NCBI GenBank assembly: GCA_024650005.2
Contig: CP122380.1
Location: 576,001 to 640,000 of the forward strand
DNA: 64,000 bases
Direction: 5' to 3'
Source of the DNA: Candidatus Bathyarchaeum tardum
Lineage (GTDB): Archaea > Thermoproteota > Bathyarchaeia > Bathyarchaeales > Bathyarchaeaceae
Part shown: piece after piece, positions 40,884 to 51,031 of the stretch
How positions within the stretch are numbered: the stretch's first letter is position 1
Layout of the letters: each line of letters opens with the position of its first letter
Translations under genes and position numbers: made by a program
Notes under the pieces: generated by a model
The model's input: the letters and a program-made list of their open reading frames with translations, nothing else
Told to the model about the DNA's origin: nothing
Database searches by the model: none

Positions 40884-41831
40884 TTGGTATTACGTTCTAA
40901 AGTTGCAATATTATCTGGATTAGTAATTGCTTCCGTGGCACTTTGGTTTGCAAATACTAAATGCCCCAATATTTATTTACAGAATGGTTTCTATAGTTTT
41001 CTCGCGTTAACTGTAATCTACTTCATCTTTAAAATATTTCTAGAATCCATGGTTTCTAACAAAATCAAAGACCCTAAAACAAGGTATTCGCTCAAAAAGA
41101 TTTTGTCAATATTTGACATTGCAACTTTTTTGATTGTAGTCATGGGAATATGGGTTGAAAATTTGCAGGATATCTTGATTGCCTATGGGTTAATTGGGGC
41201 AGCCGTAGCCTTTGCTTTGCAAGATCTTATCAAGAACCTGATGGGTGGCATAGTGATTTTCTTAAATGGAATTTACCGTGTTGGAGATCGGATAGAAATT
41301 AACCAAAAATATGGTGATGTAATTGATGTTAATCTTTTTTATACTACACTTTTGGAGATGAAGGATTGGGTACCAGCGGATCAAGCCACGGGTAGATTGA
41401 CAAGTGTTCCAAACGGTTATGTCTTAAATAATGTTATACATAATTACACCCGAGATTTTGGGTTCATATGGGATGAAATAGCAATCCCTATTACCTATGA
41501 TAGTGATTGGAACGAGGCAACAAACAAAATTTTAGAAATTGTTGAAAGAGAAACGAAAGTCAGTGCAGCACAAGCTGAAAAAGACATAGCTAAAACCGGT
41601 GAAAAATATTATTTGACCAAAAGGTCTGTTGATCCAACCGTATTTTTAACTCTGACAGATAATTGGATAAACTTTAACATTAGATATGTTACAGAGATAC
41701 GAGAACGCCGACTGCTTCACGACAAACTCAGTCGAATGATACTTGATGAAATTCAGAAGTCCAAGAACATAAAAATTGCTTCTACAACCTTAAATATTAC
41801 TGGATTTCCAGACGTAAACATAAAGCAGTAA
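40884..41831 (+). CDS. mscS: MscS mechanosensitive channel
   Basis: AFALQD, YRVGDRIEI, VPN..V...I.NY. Confidence 0.9.
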   Translation: MVLRSKVAILSGLVIASVALWFANTKCPNIYLQNGFYSFLALTVIYFIFKIFLESMVSNKIKDPKTRYSLKKILSIFDIATFLIVVMGIWVENLQDILIAYGLIGAAVAFALQDLIKNLMGGIVIFLNGIYRVGDRIEINQKYGDVIDVNLFYTTLLEMKDWVPADQATGRLTSVPNGYVLNNVIHNYTRDFGFIWDEIAIPITYDSDWNEATNKILEIVERETKVSAAQAEKDIAKTGEKYYLTKRSVDPTVFLTLTDNWINFNIRYVTEIRERRLLHDKLSRMILDEIQKSKNIKIASTTLNITGFPDVNIKQ

Positions 41832-42005
41832 TCTAGTTTTAACTACATTCTGCTAATAAAAAAATATTATATTTAGTTTTCTTTTGTTTTCTTATTGCCT
41901 CTTGTAGGGCATCTTAGTTCGTCACTGACTTTTTCTGCCCAAAAACGGGTTAATCTACACTAGTCTTTAATCTTTATATCCCTTAATTCCTTAACACTTA
42001 TCAAG

Positions 42006-42623
42006 GTGCTAACGTTGGCGACGGTTGAATTCGCTTTAGTGGCAATTTCATCAATTGTGGCAGTTATGAATCCACTTAGCACAACCGCGATATTTCTCAC
42101 TCTGACAAAGGGGCAAAGCCATGAAAAAAACCGTCAAATTGCTGCTAAAGCGGCGAAATTAGGTTTCATAATTCTTGCTTCTTTCGCTTTGACAGGTACA
42201 CTTATTTTTCAAATATTTAACATTGACTTGTTTTCATTTCAGATAGCAGGTGGCATTCTCCTTATTACTATTGCATTAAAAATGCTTTCAGAAAAAAACG
42301 GGTTTTCATCCGATAAGCGTGAAGATCCTTCAATTATTCCCCTGACTTTTCCTCTTACTGCTGGTCCAGGAACTATAACTACAGTTATTTTGATTTTTTC
42401 ACAAGCAAGTAGTTTTTTTGAGACCATATTTGTCTTCGTGGCAATAGCCGTTGGGGTCTTGTTATCCTATGGGGGAATGATTCACGCTCATAGGCTCCTT
42501 AAAATTTTTGGAACTGATGGAACTCACGTAGTTTCTGCTCTAATGTCAATTATTGTCCTAGCCATAGCCATACAATTTGTATTCGCAGGAATAGTTGCAG
42601 CTGTTTGTCAACTTACTTTTTAG
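42006..42623 (+). CDS. MarC family membrane protein
   Basis: VMNPL, FQIAGGILL, PLTFPLTAGPGTI. Confidence 0.92.
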   Translation: MLTLATVEFALVAISSIVAVMNPLSTTAIFLTLTKGQSHEKNRQIAAKAAKLGFIILASFALTGTLIFQIFNIDLFSFQIAGGILLITIALKMLSEKNGFSSDKREDPSIIPLTFPLTAGPGTITTVILIFSQASSFFETIFVFVAIAVGVLLSYGGMIHAHRLLKIFGTDGTHVVSALMSIIVLAIAIQFVFAGIVAAVCQLTF

Positions 42624-42961
42624 CAAACAGTTTTGGATGCTTCTTCAATTAATTGTTTCAGTTCAGTGGCGTTTATGTCTGTTTTACTTGTAATCTCCAT
42701 ATGTTTAACTTGACTCTTTTTTCCTCTGCCCTTAAGGTCGCCTGATATTAGTCGAGCTCCACACATGAAATCCAAATCTACATGGCCTGTAAACGGATTG
42801 ATCCACACAAAATCTTTTCCAGCTACTGCATAAACAATCCTTCCGTCCCTTACTTTTTCCTCAGCGTTGGCGGAAATTTTTTTTATTAATGTTCGCAATT
42901 CTTCGATAATATCTTTTTGCTGAGGGGAAATATTATTTAATATTTCATTAACAGTTACCAT
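42620..42961 (-). CDS. DUF1801 (YdhG-like) protein
   Basis: V.E.L....PQQKDIIEELR.LI; HV.L.F..GA; L.G.GK..VKH. Confidence 0.8.
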   Translation of the reverse strand: MVTVNEILNNISPQQKDIIEELRTLIKKISANAEEKVRDGRIVYAVAGKDFVWINPFTGHVDLDFMCGARLISGDLKGRGKKSQVKHMEITSKTDINATELKQLIEEASKTVC

Positions 42962-43642
42962 ACAAACACCTGTTTATTCTAGACTCTTGCTTTCTAAAAA
43001 TACTTGCTTTTTTGTTGTAAACGAATTTTGTTCCAGCCTTTGGTTTGTCTTGATCAGCTTTTGATATTCAACAAGGTTTTTGTGGCTGGCTTCTGCAAAA
43101 ACCCACAATCATCTGGACCAACTTACTTTCAGAGAGGGCTTAAATGTTGTTGTTGGGGGGTAGGGGGGTCAACAACAACAAATGACATACCCGTAGGCTG
43201 TCCATTGTGAAGATTTTTTGAAAGTCTTGCCAAAATATTACTGGCTCTTGATGAACCTGGACTAGGAATCCTGAAGTTCAAAGTCTCCAATCAATGATTT
43301 CTGGAATTAAGACATACAAGAGTTTGTTTGTTGATTACGCGAGTTGACGAGAAACCGAAGAGGCTTGTGGAGTTAGACCCCAAATATGCCAAGCTCATCA
43401 AACAAAAAACTAGGGTTTTAAGAGATGACAAGGTTATTCCAAATGGGATAGATTACAGCAAAGCAGTAAAATCATTGACAAAGGGGAGAAGAAAAAAGCA
43501 AAGGAAATTGTTATGCATATCCAACTAGGAGAAACACACCTTCTCACTTAATACGTGAGGGATTGAATGCAGCTACTTCATTCTAATACTCAAACTTATG
43601 ACAAATAACTTAACAGTATCCTAACTTATGATCGGTTAATGA

Positions 43643-44035
43643 TCAATCTGTGTTTTGTTCAATTATAATTGTGTAATTCTTTGCGTTTAATCCCCCTCTT
43701 ATTAGTAAATAAAATGTTCCCTTTTTGAAAAGGTGTAAAGCTCCATTCGGTTTATTATTGCCAAGGACAATGTCAAAAGTTTTATTTCCAATTTCCTTCA
43801 CCTGAAAGTAAAAATTGCTAAGTGAATTCACTTCATCATTAATAATTGGGTCATATTCCCATCTTATTCTCCATTCATCATAATCAATTTTGAATGATCT
43901 TGTTCCTCCATACCAACTGCTTCCAGTAAACCTATCTACTTCAACCCAATTTTTAGACGTTTCAAGATAAGACATAGACCAAAACAGGAAAAAAGAAAAC
44001 AGCAATGAAAAGATAACAATCGTTTTCTTTGCCAT
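43643..44035 (-). CDS. Hypothetical secreted/membrane-anchored protein
   Basis: N-terminal hydrophobic helix; beta-rich body (WRIRWEY). Confidence 0.6.
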   Translation of the reverse strand: MAKKTIVIFSLLFSFFLFWSMSYLETSKNWVEVDRFTGSSWYGGTRSFKIDYDEWRIRWEYDPIINDEVNSLSNFYFQVKEIGNKTFDIVLGNNKPNGALHLFKKGTFYLLIRGGLNAKNYTIIIEQNTD

Positions 44036-44333
44036 GAATCACACCAATAAAACCTCCAATATACTGAGGATAAGGATTTTTGTCAAGAAACATTGACCAA
44101 AATCAAGCTTCAGATAGTCAAGAAACTTTGACTATTTATTGTTCAACCTATTAAAATTTCAAATCACCTATGTTTTAGATTCACACCCAAACTTGAACAT
44201 TTGTCTTTATGGATTCTCACCATAATAGAGACATCTCCCATAAGATCACTTTTTTATTGTTCAGAGCCCAAAAGCTAATTTAACCAATCACCAGGTGACG
44301 GTTCAAAATCCCCTTTTTTTTGGTGATTAGGTT

Positions 44334-44546
44334 TTGGAGATCCAGTTTGTTGTTGACGCCCATAGCTGGAAAAGCAAGGCAGGTCAGGTTCCAGAGTACA
44401 AGGTTTCCTTGAAAAATTCTGATGGGCATACGTTGGTTTTGGTTGGCAGTTCCAGGGCGATTTGTGAAAAGTTCCCTAAAGATGAAGTTTTTACTGTAAA
44501 AATTGGTTCCACGCAGACCACTCTTGATGAGGTCCCTGAAGGATGA
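44334..44546 (+). CDS. Small hypothetical viral protein (beta-rich)
   Basis: 70 aa ORF with GGTGA SD-like site upstream. Confidence 0.55.
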   Translation: MEIQFVVDAHSWKSKAGQVPEYKVSLKNSDGHTLVLVGSSRAICEKFPKDEVFTVKIGSTQTTLDEVPEG

Positions 44547-44679
44547 AAGAAGCAGCAAGCATCTGCACAGGTAGCTTATTTCCCCCTGATAGGCGCAGTT
44601 TGGCATGTTTGTTGCTTCCATCACACATCAGGGGCCATTCAGAAAGATTGGCAATTAGCATCTAGCTGAGGTTTGTTTT

Positions 44680-45672
44680 TTGGTTTGTCAACAATCAAAG
44701 TCTGGTTTGTTGAAAAAGCAGTTAGTACGTACCGAACCGGTTAGTCTAACTGCACAAAGTTTGAGTGAAAACGGCAAACAGATTCTTGAGTTGTTAGGAT
44801 CCGGTCGTCCGCCAAGTGCAGTTGCTGAAGCAGTTGGAGTCAGCAGGCCTTCCTTGAGTTATTGGGTCAATAAGCTCAAACAGTTAGGTTTTCTTCGTTT
44901 ATGTCCTCAAAGTGTTGCTGGCAGCTGGAACTATTACGAGTTAACCCAGAAGGGTTCAAAGGTTCTCACAGGGAGTGAAGAGGATACTTCGGTTATTGTT
45001 TTAGAGGATTATCCCGTCAAGTTTGATGTAGTAAGTTGGGGGCGAGCTGACGATTGTGTGTCCTGGGAAAAGTTAGGTGAACCCCGTAACTGGGTAAAGT
45101 TAGGTTTTAAACTGGGAGAAGTTCGGGTAGTTAGAACCAGCAAAAGTGTAATTGTGCATCCCGGACGGTTACGGGGAGATAATAGTTGGAATCTGGTTTT
45201 TGTTGCCAGTCAAGAATGCAACAGGGTTGCCCGTTGGCTTGAACAAAAAACTGGTTTGATGGTTCGTCCAGGTGTTCCAATTAAGCGGCCGTGTTTTCAG
45301 GTTTATGATTGTTTGTCTGAGCAGTTAACGCGCAAGTTCAGTTTTAAGAATGAAGATGGAATGGGAGCCGATCGCAGTCCTCCTGCAAAGAAAGGTCACT
45401 GGGAGTTAGGACCCGAAGCTGCTAATGATTTTATCAAATCTTCCAGTCGACTAAAGCAGGTTACCCATCAGATGCACCATTTAGGAACTGATCTGGAAAA
45501 GCTTGATACTAATTTAGAAAAACTAGAAAACGGTTTGCTTCCAGCTTTACACGCATGGACCAAAGTTGGACAGAAACTGTTGAAAGTATTATCAAAGCTG
45601 GATCAAATTGAAGAACCAGAAAAACTGACTGCTTCAAAAGCCAAAGAAGACAACGGGGAATACATTTGGTAA
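44680..45672 (+). CDS. wHTH protein with uncharacterised C-terminal domain (regulator or replication-initiator candidate)
   Basis: VAEAVGVSRPSLSYWVNKL...YYELTQKG wHTH; DRSPP..GHWE motif; C-terminal coiled coil. Confidence 0.6.
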   Translation: MVCQQSKSGLLKKQLVRTEPVSLTAQSLSENGKQILELLGSGRPPSAVAEAVGVSRPSLSYWVNKLKQLGFLRLCPQSVAGSWNYYELTQKGSKVLTGSEEDTSVIVLEDYPVKFDVVSWGRADDCVSWEKLGEPRNWVKLGFKLGEVRVVRTSKSVIVHPGRLRGDNSWNLVFVASQECNRVARWLEQKTGLMVRPGVPIKRPCFQVYDCLSEQLTRKFSFKNEDGMGADRSPPAKKGHWELGPEAANDFIKSSSRLKQVTHQMHHLGTDLEKLDTNLEKLENGLLPALHAWTKVGQKLLKVLSKLDQIEEPEKLTASKAKEDNGEYIW

Positions 45673-45881
45673 CCAGTCATTGTCACAAAAATTCATTTAA
45701 TTCTGTGCAAGGCTCAAAATGGGCTTCTTTTTGGTCTATTTTTTGGACTTCTTTTTGTAAAATAAGCTTATTTTATGCCTGTTTTTCAAGGGGGTTTTTG
45801 GTTGGTTAAATGGTCTAAGTTGGCGGTTTCAACTTTGTCTGTTCGTGATGTTGCATGTTTACCATTAACTGAGGTTTTGCT

Positions 45882-46355
45882 ATGGAAAACGTAGAAAACA
45901 GTGTGCAAACAGGGGAAAAAACATCTAAAAAAAGGCGTTCTGTTGAAGAAAAAGTAGGACGTCACAAGTGGATTATTCGAACTTTGAAAAAAATCGAAAG
46001 GCGACAAAAGATTATAGATCGTCGAACTCGGATGCTTGCTGCTGGCCTTCGTAGTCTTTTCTCTCTGGGGGAAGATTACGTTTCTATGATTGTTTGCAAG
46101 GACGAGGTTGATGTTGCTATTTTGTATGCACTTCGGGAAGCTGAGGCTACAGGTCGGCAGACTGGAGAATTAGCAACTCAATTGGACATAGACCACAGGG
46201 ACATTTCACGCAGGATTGAACGCATGAATAAGAAGATGATCCAAGAAATCGGGGAGCCAGTGATTACTAAGAAAGGCCACAAGTGGAAGATTGCTCCTAG
46301 GCTTCGAAAAGAATTCACTGAAAGCATAATCAAAGAAGAAGCTGAAGACACCTGA
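45882..46355 (+). CDS. Coiled-coil plus wHTH DNA-binding protein
   Basis: DEVDVAILYAL...TGELATQL....DISRRI...KKGHKW. Confidence 0.6.
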   Translation: MENVENSVQTGEKTSKKRRSVEEKVGRHKWIIRTLKKIERRQKIIDRRTRMLAAGLRSLFSLGEDYVSMIVCKDEVDVAILYALREAEATGRQTGELATQLDIDHRDISRRIERMNKKMIQEIGEPVITKKGHKWKIAPRLRKEFTESIIKEEAEDT

Positions 46356-46822
46356 GAGAACCTAACAATGTAAACAATAATGTAGTAACTTTCAAAAGTT
46401 GTTTTGTAATTAGCCTAAATTCAAACATAAAAATTTGTTCATTATTTTGTTTAATGAAGATGGTCTCTGGAGCCCCTGACTGGAGTTCGACTATTTCCCG
46501 GGCTACTACTAATTCTAAAGTAAGCGACTTTTGTGTGTAGACTTTTAAAATTGTTTATCGAGTGTTTTAAGTGATTTTCAAACGCTTTTGAAAGATTGAA
46601 CACTAATTCTTTCGATTTTTAAACTAAACTATCATCCATGTACAAAACAAGATTTCTTTTGTTTGACATTTGTATTCACATCCGGTTGGGTACAAATGGG
46701 TGTTTTTCTTTGTTTATTTTTGGTGATAATAAATACCGTTGATTACTTTCATATGGAGAAGCATTATCTCTAGCATATTCTAAGTTACTGTTAGCCAGTT
46801 TAATTATTCCAAGGACCGACAA

Positions 46823-47356
46823 ATGTTCCCAAAATATAAAATTGTAAATGTTGTTACAACAGCAACGCTTGATCAAGAAATTGATTTTGAAGCAATCAGG
46901 AAATTGGATAATGTGTTTCACGATTCAGATGTTTATGGGGGTAGAGCAGCATATTTCAAAACAAATGAAATGCAGGGAAAAGTCTCAATTTTTTCTTCCG
47001 GAAAAATGATCAGCGTTGGAACAAAGACTCGGGAAGAATCATTTAGGGAACTTGAAGAAGCCAAGGATTTTTTAGTGAAAAGTGGGTTTATTACCGAAGT
47101 TTCTATTGAACCAAAAATTAGGAATTTGGTGATTAGTGTTGATTTTGGGAAAACAATTAATCTTGAAGATTTAGTGTATGTTTATCAAATAATATATGAA
47201 CCTGAACAATTTCCGGGTGGAATTTTACGACTTTCTGAACCTTTTAAAGCATCGGTATTAATTTTTTCTACGGGAAAAGTGATAATTACAGGTCTAAAAG
47301 CTATGAACCAAATTGAAAAAACGATAGCACACTTGAAAAAATGCTTAATTACTTAA
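46823..47356 (+). CDS. tbp: Divergent TATA-box binding protein paralog
   Basis: Two TBP repeats: IVNVV..., IFSSGKM..VG; IRNLV..., YEPEQFPG, LIFSTGKVIITG. Confidence 0.88.
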   Translation: MFPKYKIVNVVTTATLDQEIDFEAIRKLDNVFHDSDVYGGRAAYFKTNEMQGKVSIFSSGKMISVGTKTREESFRELEEAKDFLVKSGFITEVSIEPKIRNLVISVDFGKTINLEDLVYVYQIIYEPEQFPGGILRLSEPFKASVLIFSTGKVIITGLKAMNQIEKTIAHLKKCLIT

Positions 47357-47473
47357 ATAATAAACTTTTTCAGTAATTAATTTTTGTTCAAAAATGTATT
47401 TTTGATTATTATTTTACAATTATAATGCTATATGTTTTCTCTCTTGAAATCTCGAATCTATAGAACGTTAGTA

Positions 47474-47902
47474 TTATCGCTTCATAAGTATCTGATAGTC
47501 ATTATTTCTTAAATAATAACCAGCAGGGGTCATTCTTTTTTTTGATTTAATTGGAGTCTGGTATTTTTGAATGTTTGCTAAATGATACACTGAAAGATTT
47601 TGAGTTTTTCTTTCACGTCCTATTGGAGATTTTTTTGCATAATTAAAAAGTTCTTCTTGTGTTAAAAAAAGATTTTGGCCGTAGTTTTCATAAACTTCTT
47701 CTACAGTCATCCTTTCAATCTTCAGTATTTTTGCTTCTCCAATTATGGTTTTTTCTCCAGAAAGATAAAAAATCGCCCTCATTCCTTTGTTAAGCTTAAC
47801 CAATTTATTATCATATTTTACAAATATTTTTTTTCCTTTTATGAAAATTGATTCAGCATGTTTCAGTTTTATTGGGAAGACAAACCCGCTGATTTCGGAC
47901 AT
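47474..47902 (-). CDS. PUA/ASCH-like (DUF365-type) domain protein
   Basis: FPIK..HAESIF..GKKIFVK, IFYLSG..IIGEAKI, LFLTQEELFNY. Confidence 0.7.
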   Translation of the reverse strand: MSEISGFVFPIKLKHAESIFIKGKKIFVKYDNKLVKLNKGMRAIFYLSGEKTIIGEAKILKIERMTVEEVYENYGQNLFLTQEELFNYAKKSPIGRERKTQNLSVYHLANIQKYQTPIKSKKRMTPAGYYLRNNDYQILMKR

Positions 47903-47962
47903 TTAAACAACTGCTCCTTTCCTAATACATTTCATATTTTCTATTTATAAAGAATGTATAAC

Positions 47963-50900
47963 CTATAAATCAAAATAGTCATCTACAAGTTTTATTTCTT
48001 TTTTATTCAAACCATATATGTCAAAGATGAAGGCGTCAATTTTTTTATCAATTGATTTTATTCTTTCTTTTATTCTATTTATTTCATTGCATTCTGCTTC
48101 AGTTTTTCTGCTTAATTCTTTATTCAAATTCATTATTTGATCAACGTTTTTTGTTATTGCATCTACCTTCAATTTTGAAGCAGTCATTATGGGCAATGTC
48201 AGAAAATCGTTTGGATAGAATTGAATGTATTTCCCCCTTACATGGATAGAAGCAAATAATACTTGATAATAAAAGTTAATCAATTTTGAATTTAGAATCG
48301 CCATTAAATACTTAAGATCAATGTCGGATCCTCTTGGCAGTATTATTTTGATTGAATTATTGGTATAATATTGTTCATCATCATATGCAACTTCTGGACG
48401 TAGACCAAATAGAGCAGTTACAAGTTTTTCTTTGGCCTTGAATATTCGAGGATCTCTTAGAGAACCATATTCTCCTTTATCTTTATCGAAAATACTTGGA
48501 TCATAATTGACCCATAGTTTGTCCCATTTTATTGAGTACCTATCAATGCATTTTGCTGTGATTAATTTTTTACAATTCTTATTTTCCTTTTTGTTTAAAA
48601 TCATTTTATCTCTAATGTTTCCCGTATGAATTCCGTCTTTCATTTCACATAAACTAGTTAAAGGGATGGATTTTTGTTTAATCCGTTTTAGAAGATGCAT
48701 AACTCCTGGAATTAAATCAATTGAAAAAATATTCTTAGGTGAATCAGCGAAGGCAGATTGATTTATTTCATACACGTCACTAGTGTCTCTAATTTTTCCC
48801 TCTTTGATTTCTTTTTTAATTTTAATGATGTTGTTTTCTCTAACTTTTTTATTTGGTTCTTTTTGAAAGATGAAAATGTAGGGGTATGTTGCAGCATCTT
48901 TAAACACGTTCATATGTGAAACGTCTAGAATGGTGTTTATGATGCAATTTTGAAGGATCACTTTTCTAATACCCAAACCATATTTTGAAGCTGTAAACTT
49001 GTTGGAAATAATAAACCCTAATGAATTATGGTATTTAGCAAGTGATAATGACCTTTCAATAAAGAGAACGCCTAGATCAAAACGTTTGAAAGCACCTTTA
49101 AATAAACTCTTAAAAACATTCCATTCTATTTCAGGAATGTCTCTGGATTCTAAATAAGGAGGGTTACCAATAATTATATCAAAGCCTCCTTCATCGATAA
49201 TGTGGCCAAAATCAATTTTCCAATGAAATGGATTTGTACCTATATATTCTTTGAATTTTATTGGGATATCAGTTAATTTCTTTTTATCAAAATTTGAATC
49301 AATTTTTCTGTTGATATGTTCCAAAAATATAGGATTAACACTGGAATATATTGAAATTTTTATTTTTTCTAAAATTCCTTTGAGGTTTACAGCTTCCAAT
49401 CCATGTGTCATGCGATAGATCTTATAGAGGATCGAATATGCTTCGATATATGATTTCAATTGGAAAGTTGAAAGCAGATCACGAGCTTTCTGTAAATCTT
49501 TTCTTATATCGTTCTTACAAAATGTTATTAACCCTGCAAATAATGCATCAACTTCGTTTGTCAAAGGTCTCTGTAACGGGATTTGTTTTAATTCTTCATT
49601 AATCCAGCCTATGAGACTGTTTCCAATACGAATGTTATATTCAATATTTGGCAATGCATGCATTTCTGAACCTTCTTTGTATTCTGCCACCAACCAGAGC
49701 CAAAGTCTTAATTTTGTAATCTCACCAGCGCCATCAAGAATATCGACTCCATAAATGTTGTTTACTATTGTGTTAAGTTTAATACGATAGTAATCTGCTC
49801 CATTTCCCAATTTATTTAATAATCTAACTTTAACTTGAAATAAAACCTCAGAAGCTTTTATTAAGAAAGCTCCAGACCCACATGCAGGATCTAAGATCTT
49901 CATTCGGTCAAGGGCATCAAGAGCTTTTTTTATGTCGTTACTGTTTGCATTTTCTACTAATTCATTTACATCATTATACTTTGAATTAAATAGATCTAAT
50001 ATAAAGGGGTAAATTGTATTTTCTACAATATATTCAGTTATTTCCTCTGGAGTATAATAAACTCCCTTCTTTTTTCGTTCACTAGCTTCATTAATTGCTT
50101 TTTCTGCCTCTTTTTTAAAGCCACTTCTTTCCCATTCAACAACGCTTCTTTCATATACATGACCGAGTATTTCTGGAGTAAGAACATTTTCTTTATCTTC
50201 GATGGCTGTTTCAATGTCTTCTTCAATTATCCAGTGATATTGGTTCAAGAAATCAAAAACGTCTCCCCAATCCTTTTCGCTTAATAAAAATCTCAGATTC
50301 CCCTCTAAATGATCGGGCCTGAATAAACCTCCATTCAGATAAGGAATTTTGATCAAAAAATCATTTATCTGTAAAAATCTATTTTGAGCATCATTAAACA
50401 AGTAAAAGAGATTTTTAACATTTTCAAAGAAATTATCTGTATCTAATAAAATTCTAAATAAATTTTCTCCACTAATGCTTTTTCCGGTGTTTAGCGTAAT
50501 TATACCTTTATGGCAAAGAAAATATGTGAAAAAAATTCTATCAAATAATTTTTGACTTATAAGATATTTTTCAACTGGTTTGAAATCATTCTTTATACTT
50601 CTTGCAACAATATTTCTCTTTGATTTAAATTTTTCATAGAACCAGCCTGAAACATCCTTACGATGAAAAATATAATCGAATTTTGTATCAATTTTTTTTA
50701 ATTTATCTAACTTTGAAATGTTATCCTTTGTTCGGTCTGAATATAGAAAATATCTCCCCTCTCCAAAATTTCTGAAAAAAATAATTTTTGTATCATGTAC
50801 AATTGCACAATAAGCTAATCCTCTTTCAATGAGAAAATGATTTTTTACATCTTTTGTTTTTTCAATCTCTTTTACTTCGTAAATAACCAATAGTTTTCTT

Positions 50901-51028
50901 TCGTTAATCTTAAAGAAAATACCTTCATTAAATTCAGAATCTTGAAAATTCTCTATTTCTTCATAACCTTTCACCTTAAGAAAGTCACTAAGGGCTAATT
51001 TTCCTTGAAGTATCTCCTGTGGTTCCAA
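47963..51028 (-). CDS. Large N6-adenine DNA methyltransferase (Eco57I/TaqI-C type)
   Basis: YLNGGLF, GVYYTP, DPACGSGAF, GNPPY, YLMAILNSKL TaqI-like C-terminal domain. Confidence 0.92.
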   Translation of the reverse strand: MEPQEILQGKLALSDFLKVKGYEEIENFQDSEFNEGIFFKINERKLLVIYEVKEIEKTKDVKNHFLIERGLAYCAIVHDTKIIFFRNFGEGRYFLYSDRTKDNISKLDKLKKIDTKFDYIFHRKDVSGWFYEKFKSKRNIVARSIKNDFKPVEKYLISQKLFDRIFFTYFLCHKGIITLNTGKSISGENLFRILLDTDNFFENVKNLFYLFNDAQNRFLQINDFLIKIPYLNGGLFRPDHLEGNLRFLLSEKDWGDVFDFLNQYHWIIEEDIETAIEDKENVLTPEILGHVYERSVVEWERSGFKKEAEKAINEASERKKKGVYYTPEEITEYIVENTIYPFILDLFNSKYNDVNELVENANSNDIKKALDALDRMKILDPACGSGAFLIKASEVLFQVKVRLLNKLGNGADYYRIKLNTIVNNIYGVDILDGAGEITKLRLWLWLVAEYKEGSEMHALPNIEYNIRIGNSLIGWINEELKQIPLQRPLTNEVDALFAGLITFCKNDIRKDLQKARDLLSTFQLKSYIEAYSILYKIYRMTHGLEAVNLKGILEKIKISIYSSVNPIFLEHINRKIDSNFDKKKLTDIPIKFKEYIGTNPFHWKIDFGHIIDEGGFDIIIGNPPYLESRDIPEIEWNVFKSLFKGAFKRFDLGVLFIERSLSLAKYHNSLGFIISNKFTASKYGLGIRKVILQNCIINTILDVSHMNVFKDAATYPYIFIFQKEPNKKVRENNIIKIKKEIKEGKIRDTSDVYEINQSAFADSPKNIFSIDLIPGVMHLLKRIKQKSIPLTSLCEMKDGIHTGNIRDKMILNKKENKNCKKLITAKCIDRYSIKWDKLWVNYDPSIFDKDKGEYGSLRDPRIFKAKEKLVTALFGLRPEVAYDDEQYYTNNSIKIILPRGSDIDLKYLMAILNSKLINFYYQVLFASIHVRGKYIQFYPNDFLTLPIMTASKLKVDAITKNVDQIMNLNKELSRKTEAECNEINRIKERIKSIDKKIDAFIFDIYGLNKKEIKLVDDYFDL

Positions 51029-51031
51029 AAT

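Noticed and set aside
43004-43528. Possible integrase or transposase at the provirus left edge
   Set aside because: Only short, stop-interrupted frames; no tyrosine/serine recombinase or DDE motif is recognisable; no tRNA or att repeat found
46460-46540. Short frame MVSGAPDW... resembling a viral gene start
   Set aside because: Only ~26 codons; at most a remnant and cannot be supported
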